Source: Saprospiraceae bacterium
GTDB lineage: Bacteria; Bacteroidota; Bacteroidia; Chitinophagales; Saprospiraceae
NCBI GenBank assembly: GCA_020629515.1
Contig: JAHDDE010000009.1
Span: forward strand, 16,474 to 80,473
Direction: 5' to 3'
Length of the DNA stretch: 64,000 bases
Under the pieces are notes generated by a model. The model did not search any database. It was given only the letters and a program-made list of their open reading frames with translations, and was not told the origin of the DNA. The position numbers and the translations under genes are program-made. Positions 27,898 to 37,881 of this stretch are shown piece after piece (the first letter of the stretch is position 1; each line of letters begins with the position of its first letter).

Positions 27898-28006
27898 TAT
27901 TTGAAAACGCCGAGCATTTTATTCATATTATATTTTCTCGAGGAATACTGAAGATTAGTATTTCTGATTAACCAGTAGGAGTGTTAGTGGAGTATGCTTA
28001 ATAGTC

Positions 28007-28014
28007 TATCTTTG
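28007..28014 (+). promoter_or_regulatory. Bacteroidota -7 promoter element for rimO
   Basis: TATCTTTG(CC), 8 nt upstream of the ATG at 28023. Confidence 0.65.
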
Positions 28015-28022
28015 CCGATTCA

Positions 28023-29333
28023 ATGAAGACAAGAAAACTAAAAGAAAAAGTAGAAGTTATAACGCTTGGTTGCAGTAAGAATCTTGTAGATTCTGAAAAT
28101 ATCGTTACTCAATTAAAAGGTAACGATATTAATGCCTTTCATGAAAATGAGGACAACAATCCTGATGTGGTAATTGTCAATACATGTGGCTTTATAGACC
28201 TTGCAAAAGAAGAATCGGTCAATACAATCTTGGCCAATGTAGAAAGGAAAAAAGCTGGTGAAATAGAAAAATTGTATGTAACAGGCTGTCTGTCACAGCG
28301 CTATAAAGAAGATCTTGAATTAGAAATTCCGGAGGTAGATGCTTATTTCGGTACAATGGAGTTACCTGCAATTTTAGCAAGATTTAATGCCGATTATCAG
28401 CATGAATTAATTGGAGAGAGAAAGATATCTACTTTGCCCCATTATGCCTATTTGAAAATTTCTGAAGGGTGTAATCGCACATGTTCATTTTGCGCGATTC
28501 CGTTAATGCGTGGTAAACATATATCTCGACCAATAGACGATCTGATTCGTGAAGCTAAGGAGCTAGCTAAACGAGGGGTGAAGGAACTCATGCTTATAGC
28601 TCAAGAATTAACTTACTATGGTTTAGATCTTTACAAATCTCGAGAACTGCCCCAACTTTTAAAGCGTCTTTCTGAAGTGGAGGGTATTGAATGGATAAGA
28701 CTACACTACGCCTATCCCACTAAGTTTCCATTAGAGATATTCGAAGTAATGAAAGAGTTACCAAAGGTTTGTAATTACCTCGATATACCACTGCAACATG
28801 CTAATGATGAAGTCTTAGATCGTATGAAAAGACAGATCACTCAAGGACAGATGCGAGAATTAATTAATACTGCCAAAGAGATGGTCCCAGAAATTGCGAT
28901 TAGGACCACTTTTATGGTGGGTTTCCCAGGAGAAACAGAAGCCGAGTTTCAAGACTTATGTGATTTCGTCAGTGATATGAGGTTTGAGCGTGTTGGAGTG
29001 TTTCAGTATTCTCATGAGGAAGATACTTCTGCACATTTATTGGAAGACAATATTTCAATAGAAGAAAAAGCCAATCGGGCTAATAGATTGATGGAAGTTC
29101 AGAGAGAAATCTCGTTTGAACATAATCAGAAGAAAATCGGTCAACAATTTAAGGTTTTAGTGGATAGAAAAGAGGGCGGCTATTTTATTGGGCGGACCGA
29201 ATATGATTCTCCAGAAGTTGATAATGAGGTTCTTATAGACGCTGCGAAACATTATGTTAGAATTGGAGATTTTGTACAAGTGATAGTCACAGACTCCGAA
29301 GATTATGACTTATATGCTGATGTACTTGATTAA
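28023..29333 (+). CDS. rimO: Ribosomal protein S12 methylthiotransferase
   Basis: TLGCSKNLVDSE, radical SAM motif EGCNRTCSFCAIP and a TRAM domain (SPEVDNEV). Confidence 0.97.
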   Translation: MKTRKLKEKVEVITLGCSKNLVDSENIVTQLKGNDINAFHENEDNNPDVVIVNTCGFIDLAKEESVNTILANVERKKAGEIEKLYVTGCLSQRYKEDLELEIPEVDAYFGTMELPAILARFNADYQHELIGERKISTLPHYAYLKISEGCNRTCSFCAIPLMRGKHISRPIDDLIREAKELAKRGVKELMLIAQELTYYGLDLYKSRELPQLLKRLSEVEGIEWIRLHYAYPTKFPLEIFEVMKELPKVCNYLDIPLQHANDEVLDRMKRQITQGQMRELINTAKEMVPEIAIRTTFMVGFPGETEAEFQDLCDFVSDMRFERVGVFQYSHEEDTSAHLLEDNISIEEKANRANRLMEVQREISFEHNQKKIGQQFKVLVDRKEGGYFIGRTEYDSPEVDNEVLIDAAKHYVRIGDFVQVIVTDSEDYDLYADVLD

Positions 29334-29386
29334 ACTTTCGGGGTAAGGGAATTAAACTTAATCGTAATTCAAGCGTTCCTTTTTTT

Positions 29387-29851
29387 ATGAATGAATCGTC
29401 TACCAATCCTAAACTATTCAATCAAGAGATAAGCCCTATAAGACAATTAATTGCTGCTTTAGTGGCGATCCCAGTTTTTACTATCTTATTTTATCTTCCT
29501 GGATGGATAGGTCTTATGAATATAAAAAGTCATCAAGTTTGGACGATTTCTGCCTCCATGCTTTTGATGTTTGCTTTGTGCAATAGCGTTTTAAGCCTTA
29601 GTTCGGATGACGTAAATAAATATTGGAACAAGTCGATATATTCATTTGTGATCTTAGCTGTATCTGGGGCTTTATTTGCCTGGGTAGTTTCTGGTTTGAG
29701 TATTTATGAGGCTAAGTCATTTAAATGGATTTATACTGTTTTTACATTCGGATATCTTTTCTTTTTATCGATAATCACGTTGATGAGAAAAATTGTAATG
29801 TTAGCGCAGCGACAAGACAAACGTTTAAGGGGCGAGTCGGATAATGATTAA
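29387..29851 (+). CDS. Hypothetical four-TM membrane protein
   Basis: Four hydrophobic segments; co-oriented between rimO and msrB. Confidence 0.6.
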   Translation: MNESSTNPKLFNQEISPIRQLIAALVAIPVFTILFYLPGWIGLMNIKSHQVWTISASMLLMFALCNSVLSLSSDDVNKYWNKSIYSFVILAVSGALFAWVVSGLSIYEAKSFKWIYTVFTFGYLFFLSIITLMRKIVMLAQRQDKRLRGESDND

Positions 29852-29880
29852 AGTCTAAGTAGAGTTACAAACAAAAAATT

Positions 29881-30423
29881 ATGTATAAACTGATCATTTT
29901 TATTGGCTTAATAACTATGAGTTGTCAAACTCAATCTCAACAAACATTGAGTCAGGTGGAGGATGAAAAACAAAATTATGTACCCCATGCTGATTTTCCA
30001 AAGCAAATAGAGCTCGTCCAAAAGAGTAAAGAAGAATGGGAGCAAGAACTTACTCGCTTAGAATATGCTGTGCTGCGTAATGCAGGTACGGAACGAGCTT
30101 TTTCTGGTGATTTATGGAACAATAAAGAGGAAGGTATATATGTCTGTCGTGGATGTAATTTGGCTCTATTTGATTCTGACACAAAATATAAGTCGGGTAC
30201 AGGTTGGCCAAGTTTCTATCAACCAATTAATAATGACTATGTCGAAGAAGATACTGATTATAAATTGGGATACCCAAGAACAGAGGTGCATTGTGCCAGA
30301 TGTAAGGGCCACTTAGGGCATGTGTTCAATGATGGTCCAAAACCAACAGGTTTGAGATATTGTATGAATTCTGTTTCATTAGATTTTGTTCCCGAAATCC
30401 AAGATGTTAGCAAGCAGGATTAA
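29881..30423 (+). CDS. msrB: Peptide-methionine (R)-S-oxide reductase with lipoprotein signal
   Basis: GTERAF, CRGC, SGTGWPSF, RTEVHCARC, GHLGHVF and RYCMNS; lipobox TMSC. Confidence 0.97.
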   Translation: MYKLIIFIGLITMSCQTQSQQTLSQVEDEKQNYVPHADFPKQIELVQKSKEEWEQELTRLEYAVLRNAGTERAFSGDLWNNKEEGIYVCRGCNLALFDSDTKYKSGTGWPSFYQPINNDYVEEDTDYKLGYPRTEVHCARCKGHLGHVFNDGPKPTGLRYCMNSVSLDFVPEIQDVSKQD

Positions 30424-30429
30424 GCAAAA

Positions 30430-30453
30430 AGAAAAGACCTACGACTGTTCGCA
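30430..30453. terminator. Hairpin between the convergent msrB and small secreted-protein genes
   Basis: agaaaagacct...agatcttttct stem with an upstream A-tract. Confidence 0.5.
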
Positions 30454-30504
30454 GATCTTTTCTAAACCGAAATAGTATATTTTATTTAAAGGTGACTTCC
30501 AGTG

Positions 30505-30852
30505 TTATTTAGTCTTAAATGTGACTGGTACGATGTAAACACTATAAGGTTTTAGACCTTCTGTATTTACTTCTTTGTAGTTGAGAGCAGATTTGATCGT
30601 GTTATCCAAACCAGAATCTCCTGTGCTTATTACAATAAGTTCATCGTTTTCATTTACCATGAATTTTACTTTGATGGTGCTTTGTGCCACTTTGCTGTAA
30701 TCTATATCTAAGTCTTCGATCATAGATTTGATTTCTGTCGTGACTGTCTTAGTACTGCTATAATTTAGCTCCGAGATTGGAGTTGATGCAATGGCTGAAG
30801 ACGATAATGCAGCAGCTAAAGCTAAAGAGAGAACACTTTTTTGAAAAGTCAT
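30505..30852 (-). CDS. Small secreted hypothetical protein
   Basis: Signal peptide (LALAAALSSSAIA); C-terminal beta/alpha module IKVKFMVNENDELIV...YIVPVTFK. Confidence 0.65.
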   Translation of the reverse strand: MTFQKSVLSLALAAALSSSAIASTPISELNYSSTKTVTTEIKSMIEDLDIDYSKVAQSTIKVKFMVNENDELIVISTGDSGLDNTIKSALNYKEVNTEGLKPYSVYIVPVTFKTK

Positions 30853-31131
30853 AATAAGAATTTTTCAGAGTTTATAATTAATTGATTTAGTATATGAGTT
30901 ACTCTCAGAAGTAACTCGCAAGTACATCTATAAAACGAGAATTAGTGTGGGAGGGTTACATGAGAAACAGGGCAATAAGAGATTCATATATGAACACAGA
31001 TGATCTATCGATTAACGTCAGTATTAAAAATACGTACGACTCAATTATTGATACTCAGTAACTTAAGTAAAGAATAAAATTGAATGGAGTTTTGTTAAGC
31101 CCTTGTTAAAAAACTATTGACCAATTCGAAT

Positions 31132-32412
31132 TTATGCTTCAGCCTTGACTATATATTTATTTTTCTTGCCATTTTCTATCATGCAATAAGAACCATGTAT
31201 GAATGAATCAATATTAATAGTTTGATCTATAGATGATATTTTATCCTTATTGACGGATATAGCATTATTTTTTATCGCGCGTCGAGCATCACCTTTAGAA
31301 TTACAAATGCCCGTTGAGTCAGTTAATAAATCTATGATATTTATTTCATTCTTTAGATTATTAAGATTGATTCCTTTTTTCGGAATTTCTTGACTTATCG
31401 TTTCAAAGTCTGATTCGGAAAGTGCAAACAATTGTTCTTTCGATGCTTTTTTATTAAATAATATTTCAGATACGTTTAGCACACTTTTAAAATCGTCATG
31501 GCTATGTACTCTTGTCGTTATTTCTTCGGCTAAAATAGCTTTTAGGTTTCTTGGATTATGCACATGGTCTTTTTCGAGCTGTTCTATCTCTTCTTTAGAT
31601 CTGAACGAGAAGTATCTGAAAAATTTAGGAAGATCTGCATCATCTGCATTGATCCAAAATTGATAAAATTTATAAGGTGATGTTAATTTTGGATCAAGCC
31701 AAATGTTTCCTTCTTCGGATTTTCCAAACTTTTTACCATCTGATTTAGTCAATAGGGGGGAGGTGATGGCATAGGCCTTTCCATTTTCTATATTTCGTCG
31801 GATAAATTCTGTCCCTGCCGTTATGTTCCCCCATTGATCCGAGCCACCCATTTGATAAGTACATTGATGATTTTTATAGAGGTATAAAAAGTCGTTGGCT
31901 TGAAGTAATTGGTAACTGAACTCAGTAAAGGACAAGCCACTATCCAATCTTTTTTTAACTGAATCCTTACTTAGCATGTAGTTCACGGTTAGATTTTTCC
32001 CTACATCTCGTAGAAAGTCCAGTACATTCATCTCTTTGTAAAAATCAAAATTATTAAGCATTTCTGCTTTGTTCGCCCCAGACTCAAAGTTCAAAAATTT
32101 AGAAGCTTGCTGTTTTTGAAATTGTAAATTATTATCAAGCTCTTCGTAGGATTTTAATTGTCGTTCTTTATCTTTTCCGGATGGGTCCCCAATACGACCT
32201 GTCGCACCACCAAGTAAGAAAATGGGCTTATGACCTGCTTTTTGCCAAAGTGATAATAGCATTATCTGTACATAATTACCTATAGTAAGTGAAGGTGCTG
32301 TAGGGTCAAAACCTATATAAGCTGTTCTCATACCACCTTTAAGATGCTCTTCAACTCCTGGCGTCATGTCGTGTAGCATTCCCCTCCATCTAAGCTCCTC
32401 AACAAAATTCAT
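31132..32412 (-). CDS. tyrS: Tyrosine--tRNA ligase
   Basis: YIGFDPTAPSLTIGN, GGSDQWGNI, KFGKS and a C-terminal S4 domain. ATG 32412 is preferred because a TACTTTTG promoter element lies at 32437-32444. Confidence 0.99.
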   Translation of the reverse strand: MNFVEELRWRGMLHDMTPGVEEHLKGGMRTAYIGFDPTAPSLTIGNYVQIMLLSLWQKAGHKPIFLLGGATGRIGDPSGKDKERQLKSYEELDNNLQFQKQQASKFLNFESGANKAEMLNNFDFYKEMNVLDFLRDVGKNLTVNYMLSKDSVKKRLDSGLSFTEFSYQLLQANDFLYLYKNHQCTYQMGGSDQWGNITAGTEFIRRNIENGKAYAITSPLLTKSDGKKFGKSEEGNIWLDPKLTSPYKFYQFWINADDADLPKFFRYFSFRSKEEIEQLEKDHVHNPRNLKAILAEEITTRVHSHDDFKSVLNVSEILFNKKASKEQLFALSESDFETISQEIPKKGINLNNLKNEINIIDLLTDSTGICNSKGDARRAIKNNAISVNKDKISSIDQTINIDSFIHGSYCMIENGKKNKYIVKAEA

Positions 32413-32436
32413 GTTACTATTACTTTTTATGAACTG

Positions 32437-32444
32437 CAAAAGTA
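32437..32444 (-). promoter_or_regulatory. -7 promoter element for tyrS
   Basis: TACTTTTG(CA) on the minus strand. Confidence 0.65.
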
Positions 32445-32551
32445 GAATTAATACGGTGTATCTAATAAGCTATTACTCACTTAGTATAATCTTAAAATAC
32501 ATTTTTACATACCTTGGGAATGGTTAGGAATAATATATTGAAATTCGGTTG

Positions 32552-33844
32552 ATGAATTATGAGAGGTTTATAGCCCAAAAGCTATCAGGAGCAGCTAAAA
32601 AGAATTTTTCTGCCATGATATTTAGAATCGCAATTATCGCTGTATCTCTGAGTATAGCAGTTATGATTATAACGACTTCGGTTATAACAGGTTTTAAAAA
32701 TGGAATCTCAAACAAGGTGTTTGATTTTTGGGGGCATATTCATATCACTGACGGGAAGGTTGGAAACTCATTTGAATTGATTCCTATTGAAAAGGATATT
32801 GAGTTAATCAGAGATATAGAGGATATAGATGTGATCACATACAAGCGCCCGCCGTCGGTTGTAGATGTAGATATCATACCAAGAGAAGAAACTTCAAAGG
32901 GAGGAGTAAGGAGTGTCGAAACTTACACGATCGTACCGGGTATCATAAGTAGTAAAAGGAAATTTGAAGGAGTTTTATTAAAAGGTTTTGAGGAAGATCA
33001 TGATCTGTCGTCCATAAAAGAATTTATGATCGACGGAGAATTTATTAGTTATCAAGAAGGACCTTCAAGAGATATCGTAATATCAAAGCAGATGGCTCGA
33101 CGTTTAGAATTTGAAGTGGGAGATGCTTTGATCATGAATTTTATATTGGAAGGAGAGCAGTATAAAAAGCGATTTGCCATTTCGGGTATTTATAAAACCG
33201 GATTGGAAGAATACGATCGACGTTTCGCCTTGGTGGATACGAGAATTTTACAAGAAGTATTAACCTGGACAGAGAATCAAGTAAGTGGATTAGAAGTATA
33301 TGTAGATGATATACATGATTTGAGACTTCTTAATGAATATATATACTTCGAAAAGTTGCCGAGAAACTTATACAGTGAATCTATCAGAAGTAAGTTTTAT
33401 CAAATATTTGAATGGTTAGAACTTCAGAATATCAATGAAGATGTGCTAATATCCCTAATGCTAATAGTGGCAATTATGAATATGATAACTGCTATTCTAA
33501 TTTTTGTATTAGAAAATACAAGTACTATAGGCTTGCTTAAGTCAATTGGGGCAACAGATTGGAGTATCCGAAAAATCTTTCTATACAATGCCTCTGATAT
33601 ATTGATTAAGGGTATTTTCTGGGGTAATTTGATTGCTTTTATTTTGTGTTTTATTCAATTACAAACGGGTTTACTTAAACTGTCCGAAAAGGAATATTAC
33701 TTAAGTACAGTACCTATTGAATTTAATTGGTTTATGATAGGATTTATTAATATTGGTACTATAGTAATTACTTTGATCTTTTTAATTATTCCTACGCTGA
33801 TTGTAACTAAGATCCAACCCGTGAAAGCACTTAGATTTGATTAA
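32552..33844 (+). CDS. ABC transporter permease, LolC/E (FtsX-like) family
   Basis: IAIIAVSLSIAVM, IGLLKSIGA and YYLSTVPI; MacB/FtsX topology. Confidence 0.9.
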   Translation: MNYERFIAQKLSGAAKKNFSAMIFRIAIIAVSLSIAVMIITTSVITGFKNGISNKVFDFWGHIHITDGKVGNSFELIPIEKDIELIRDIEDIDVITYKRPPSVVDVDIIPREETSKGGVRSVETYTIVPGIISSKRKFEGVLLKGFEEDHDLSSIKEFMIDGEFISYQEGPSRDIVISKQMARRLEFEVGDALIMNFILEGEQYKKRFAISGIYKTGLEEYDRRFALVDTRILQEVLTWTENQVSGLEVYVDDIHDLRLLNEYIYFEKLPRNLYSESIRSKFYQIFEWLELQNINEDVLISLMLIVAIMNMITAILIFVLENTSTIGLLKSIGATDWSIRKIFLYNASDILIKGIFWGNLIAFILCFIQLQTGLLKLSEKEYYLSTVPIEFNWFMIGFINIGTIVITLIFLIIPTLIVTKIQPVKALRFD

Positions 33845-33871
33845 AAAAAAAGAGGCTCATTTTGAGCCTCT
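33843..33871 (-). terminator. Intrinsic terminator of infC (possibly bidirectional)
   Basis: agaggctca ttt tgagcctct perfect 9-bp stem with an adjacent A-tract. Confidence 0.8.
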
Positions 33872-33888
33872 CTATAAACATGTAGTGA

Positions 33889-34476
33889 TTATTTTTTCTT
33901 CTTTTTCTTTGGACCTATCATAACGATCATTCTTCTTCCTTCGAGTACTGGTAAGTTTTCAGCACTTCCTACTTCGTCCAATTCTTTGATAAATCGCAAT
34001 AACAAAAGTTCGCCTCTTTCTTTGAACACAATAGATCGACCTCTAAAATGAACATATGCTTTAACCTTCGAGCCATCTTCAAGGAATTTGGTGGCATGTT
34101 TTAGTTTGAAGGCAAAATCGTGATCATCGGTATTTGGTCCGAAACGTATTTCCTTTATGACAGTTTTAGCGGTTTTTGCCTTGAGTTCTTTTTGCTTTTT
34201 CTTACGGTTATATAAGAATTTTTTGTAGTCGATAATTTTGCACACCGGAGGGTCTGCGTTGGGACTGATTTCTACAAGATCTAACTCCATTGCCTCTGCC
34301 CATCTTAATGCTACTCTTGTGTTATACACGTCGGGCGATATATTCTGACCTACGACTCCACTTATCTCTTCTAAGTTATCACCAACCAATCTTATTTTAT
34401 GAGCGTTAATTCTGTTGTTTATTCTAAATTCTGGTTCGACAGGACGTCGAGGTACAATTTTTTTCCTTCTTCTCAA
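33889..34476 (-). CDS. infC: Translation initiation factor IF-3 (non-AUG start)
   Basis: [32 protein letters not shown] and KEIRFGP. No in-frame ATG precedes the conserved region; candidate starts are TTG 34476 or ATT near 34458. Confidence 0.97.
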   Translation of the reverse strand: MRRRKKIVPRRPVEPEFRINNRINAHKIRLVGDNLEEISGVVGQNISPDVYNTRVALRWAEAMELDLVEISPNADPPVCKIIDYKKFLYNRKKKQKELKAKTAKTVIKEIRFGPNTDDHDFAFKLKHATKFLEDGSKVKAYVHFRGRSIVFKERGELLLLRFIKELDEVGSAENLPVLEGRRMIVMIGPKKKKKK

Positions 34477-34570
34477 ATGCTTTGTTTTATTCTATAATAT
34501 ATTTTGTACGTAAAACTAATTAATCTTAGTTCCTCAGTTACTAATTATTGTTGAATTTTAGAGCTGATAG

Positions 34571-37123
34571 CTATGAATTCATAGCCTCAGACTCTTTTTC
34601 TTTCTTAGATTGTGAGATTGTTAAGTTTTCTTTGTTTTTAGTATGTGTAATTTTAAACTCAATTCCTCTTTTGGATCCAGTTGCCAAAATTTGTTCAGCA
34701 AGAGGGTCTTCAATATGTTTTTGGATCGCTCTGTGTAGAGGTCTTGCACCATATTTAGGATCAAATCCTTTCTCGGCTATAAACTGTTTAGCAGCCTTAT
34801 TAAGTTTGATGGTATATCCCATTTTAACAAGTCTGTCTTTAAGCTGGGCGATAGCAAGGTCTACTATCTTCAAGATATCTTCTTGATCTAAAGAATTAAA
34901 TACAATCGTATCATCAATTCTATTTAAGAACTCAGGGGAGAAATTGCGTTTCATAGCATTTTCAATCACGTTCTTAGCATGATCATCAGCACTTTCTTGA
35001 CGAGCTTGAGTAGCAAAGCCAACTCCTTGCCCAAAATCTTTCAGTTGTTTAATACCAATGTTGGAAGTCATTATAATAAGTGTGTTTTTAAAGTCCACTT
35101 TTCGACCTAAACCATCAGTAAGCTGTCCATCATCCAATACCTGCAGGAGTATATTGTATACATCTTGGTGAGCTTTTTCAATTTCATCTAACAATATCAC
35201 AGAATAAGGTTTACGACGAACTTTTTCTGTAAGTTGTCCACCTTCTTCATACCCGACGTATCCCGGAGGGGCACCAATTAATCTACTTATCGAGAATTTT
35301 TCCATGTATTCACTCATGTCTATTCTCACCAGCGAATCTTCTGAGTCAAATAGATATCGAGATAATGCTTTGGCTAATTCTGTTTTTCCTACACCAGTAG
35401 GACCCAAGAAAATGAAAGAACCTATAGGCTTTTTAGGATCTTTTAGCCCAACTCTATTTCGCTGAATAGCTTTTACAATTTTTTGAATAGCTTCATCTTG
35501 ACCGATGATTTCTTTTTTGAGATCATCTGCCATGCCAACCAGCTTATTACTTTCATTTTGAGCTACTCTTTTGACAGGTATGCCAGTCATCATTGATACT
35601 ACCTCTGCAATATCTTCTTCGCTTACAGGATGCCTTTTTGATTTAGACTCTTCCTCCCAATCTGTCTTAGCTTGTTCAAGCTTTTTAAATAATTTTGATT
35701 CGTGATCCCGTAAGTCAGCAGCTTTTTCATATTGTTGGCCTTTGACTGCCATATTTTTTTGCTCTCTTACTTCTTCGATCTGTACCTCGAGTTCTTCAAT
35801 ATACTTCGGTACATGTATATTTTTCAGGTGTGTCCTTGCCCCAACCTCATCTAATATGTCAATAGCTTTGTCCGGCAAATGACGATCGCTAATATATCTA
35901 TCACTTAAATGCACACAAGCTTCTATGGCTTCTGGCATGTAGTCCACATTATGAAATTCCTCATATTTTGACTTAATATTATTAAGTATATGGATAGCTT
36001 CATCAGTTGATGGCGGTTCGACAAGTACCTTCTGGAATCTTCTATCCAAGGCACCGTCTTTTTCTATATACTGTCTATATTCGTCCAAAGTTGATGCTCC
36101 TATACATTGTAATTCTCCTCTTGCTAAAGCTGGTTTGAATATATTGGATGCATCCAAAGAACCAGTAGAACCGCCAGCACCTATAATCGTATGGATTTCA
36201 TCAATGAATAGAATTACATCTCTCGACTTTTCTAATTCGTTCATGATGGCTTTCATCCTTTCTTCGAATTGACCTCTGTATTTAGTGCCCGCGACTAAAG
36301 CAGCTAAGTCAAGCATCACAATCCTCTTGTCATATAGTGTTCGCGAAACTTTCTTTTGGTTAATTCTCAATGCCAAACCTTCCACGATAGCTGTTTTACC
36401 CACACCTGGTTCTCCTATCAGTATAGGATTATTCTTTTTCCTTCTACTTAAGATTTGAGATACTCTCTCTATCTCCGTTTCGCGCCCAATTATCGGGTCC
36501 AATTTACCCTCTTCTGCCAAACGAGTAACATCTCTTCCAAAGTTATCTAAAACCGGAGTCCTTGATTTTGATGCTCCTCTACGAGACGATCTTCCTGATA
36601 TTGATCCAGAATCCTCTTCATCCATTGGCACATCTGATTCAGCAGCAGAATCTTGGATATATTCAAATCCCCCATCTTGTTCTTGGGTCACGTACTCTAA
36701 CTCAGTTTTGTAGGATTCGTAGTCCACATCAAAATGATCCAAAATCTTGGAAGCTAAATTTTCTTTGTGCTTAAGTATAGATAGCATCAAGTGTTCTGGA
36801 TTTATTTCATCGTTCTTAAACAGCTTAGACTCCAGGAATGTCACTTTAAGGACCTTCTCGGCATGCTTGTTTAATGGGATATTTCCTACGTTTAAACCAG
36901 TGCTATCACTTTTGTTGGACTTAGTGGCTTCTTCAACTTTATATTTCAATTGGTCAAGGTCAAGTTCAAGAGAACTGAGTACTTTGATGGCAATATTGTC
37001 ATTTTCTCTTAACATTCCCAGCAATAAGTGCTCTGTTCCGATGTAGTCATGACCTAATCGCACGGCTTCATCTCTGCTTAGAGAAATTATTTTTTTGACT
37101 TTCGGAGAGAACTTTCTATTCAT
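34571..37123 (-). CDS. clpC: ATP-dependent Clp protease ATP-binding subunit ClpC
   Basis: Clp-N repeats (YIGTEHLLLG), NBD1 GEPGVGKT, UVR-like middle region and NBD2 GPTGVGKT; likely start MNRKFSP at 37123. Confidence 0.95.
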   Translation of the reverse strand: MNRKFSPKVKKIISLSRDEAVRLGHDYIGTEHLLLGMLRENDNIAIKVLSSLELDLDQLKYKVEEATKSNKSDSTGLNVGNIPLNKHAEKVLKVTFLESKLFKNDEINPEHLMLSILKHKENLASKILDHFDVDYESYKTELEYVTQEQDGGFEYIQDSAAESDVPMDEEDSGSISGRSSRRGASKSRTPVLDNFGRDVTRLAEEGKLDPIIGRETEIERVSQILSRRKKNNPILIGEPGVGKTAIVEGLALRINQKKVSRTLYDKRIVMLDLAALVAGTKYRGQFEERMKAIMNELEKSRDVILFIDEIHTIIGAGGSTGSLDASNIFKPALARGELQCIGASTLDEYRQYIEKDGALDRRFQKVLVEPPSTDEAIHILNNIKSKYEEFHNVDYMPEAIEACVHLSDRYISDRHLPDKAIDILDEVGARTHLKNIHVPKYIEELEVQIEEVREQKNMAVKGQQYEKAADLRDHESKLFKKLEQAKTDWEEESKSKRHPVSEEDIAEVVSMMTGIPVKRVAQNESNKLVGMADDLKKEIIGQDEAIQKIVKAIQRNRVGLKDPKKPIGSFIFLGPTGVGKTELAKALSRYLFDSEDSLVRIDMSEYMEKFSISRLIGAPPGYVGYEEGGQLTEKVRRKPYSVILLDEIEKAHQDVYNILLQVLDDGQLTDGLGRKVDFKNTLIIMTSNIGIKQLKDFGQGVGFATQARQESADDHAKNVIENAMKRNFSPEFLNRIDDTIVFNSLDQEDILKIVDLAIAQLKDRLVKMGYTIKLNKAAKQFIAEKGFDPKYGARPLHRAIQKHIEDPLAEQILATGSKRGIEFKITHTKNKENLTISQSKKEKESEAMNS

Positions 37124-37495
37124 AAAATATGGTTCAAAAACTGTCTTTAACAAGTATAACATTTAAATCCTCCAGATCGTAAATAGCTAAGAAGATTTTG
37201 TGATTTCTATAAGAAACATTAACAAAAGTATGCCAAGTATAATTTTAATGCGCTTTTGTCATACGAATTAAGAAGATTAAACCAGTTATGTCAGATTTTA
37301 GACACTAATGCCTGACAACTTTGGTTTATTTCCAATTCATTATACATTAAATATACTTATTATATAAGATTTGCTTATTAATTGCACTTCAATAAATCTA
37401 TGTCATATAAATAACGTTCTCAGTTTAAAAAAGATTAGAAATAAATGACTTAATACAAGTATATTTGAGCGCTAAATGAACCAACTCATTTGATT

Positions 37496-37873
37496 ATGAA
37501 GATTAGATTAGAAAAAAAAGATAGATATTCCGTTTTAACTTTGGAAGAGGAGAATTTAAATTCTGTCTTAGCACCAGATGTCAAAAGCGAATTTGTTTTT
37601 TTGAGAAACGAAGGTGTGAGGAATTTAATCTTCGATATGGCTCAAGTTAAGTATGTAGACTCTTCTGGCTTAAGTGCTATCTTAACAGCTAACCGACTTT
37701 GGAATGACTTTGGTTCGTTCGTACTGACCAATATAAATCATCCCGCAGTTCAGAAACTAATAGAAATATCAAGATTACAGACAATACTCAACATAGTGCC
37801 AACTTTGGAAGAAAGTGTGGACTTCATTATGATGGAGGAACTTCAAAAAGAACTCTCGGGAGAAGAGGAATAA
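37496..37873 (+). CDS. STAS domain anti-sigma factor antagonist
   Basis: FDMAQVKYVDSSGLSAIL with the conserved phosphorylatable Ser; TATATTTG promoter element at 37460-37467. Confidence 0.9.
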   Translation: MKIRLEKKDRYSVLTLEEENLNSVLAPDVKSEFVFLRNEGVRNLIFDMAQVKYVDSSGLSAILTANRLWNDFGSFVLTNINHPAVQKLIEISRLQTILNIVPTLEESVDFIMMEELQKELSGEEE

Positions 37874-37881
37874 GTTAAGTC

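Noticed and set aside
37221-37236. Sigma54 -24/-12 promoter (TGGCATACTTTTGTT, minus strand) for clpC
   Set aside because: The GG-to-GC spacing is one base short and there is no GC at -12; the embedded TACTTTTG fits the housekeeping -7 element better.
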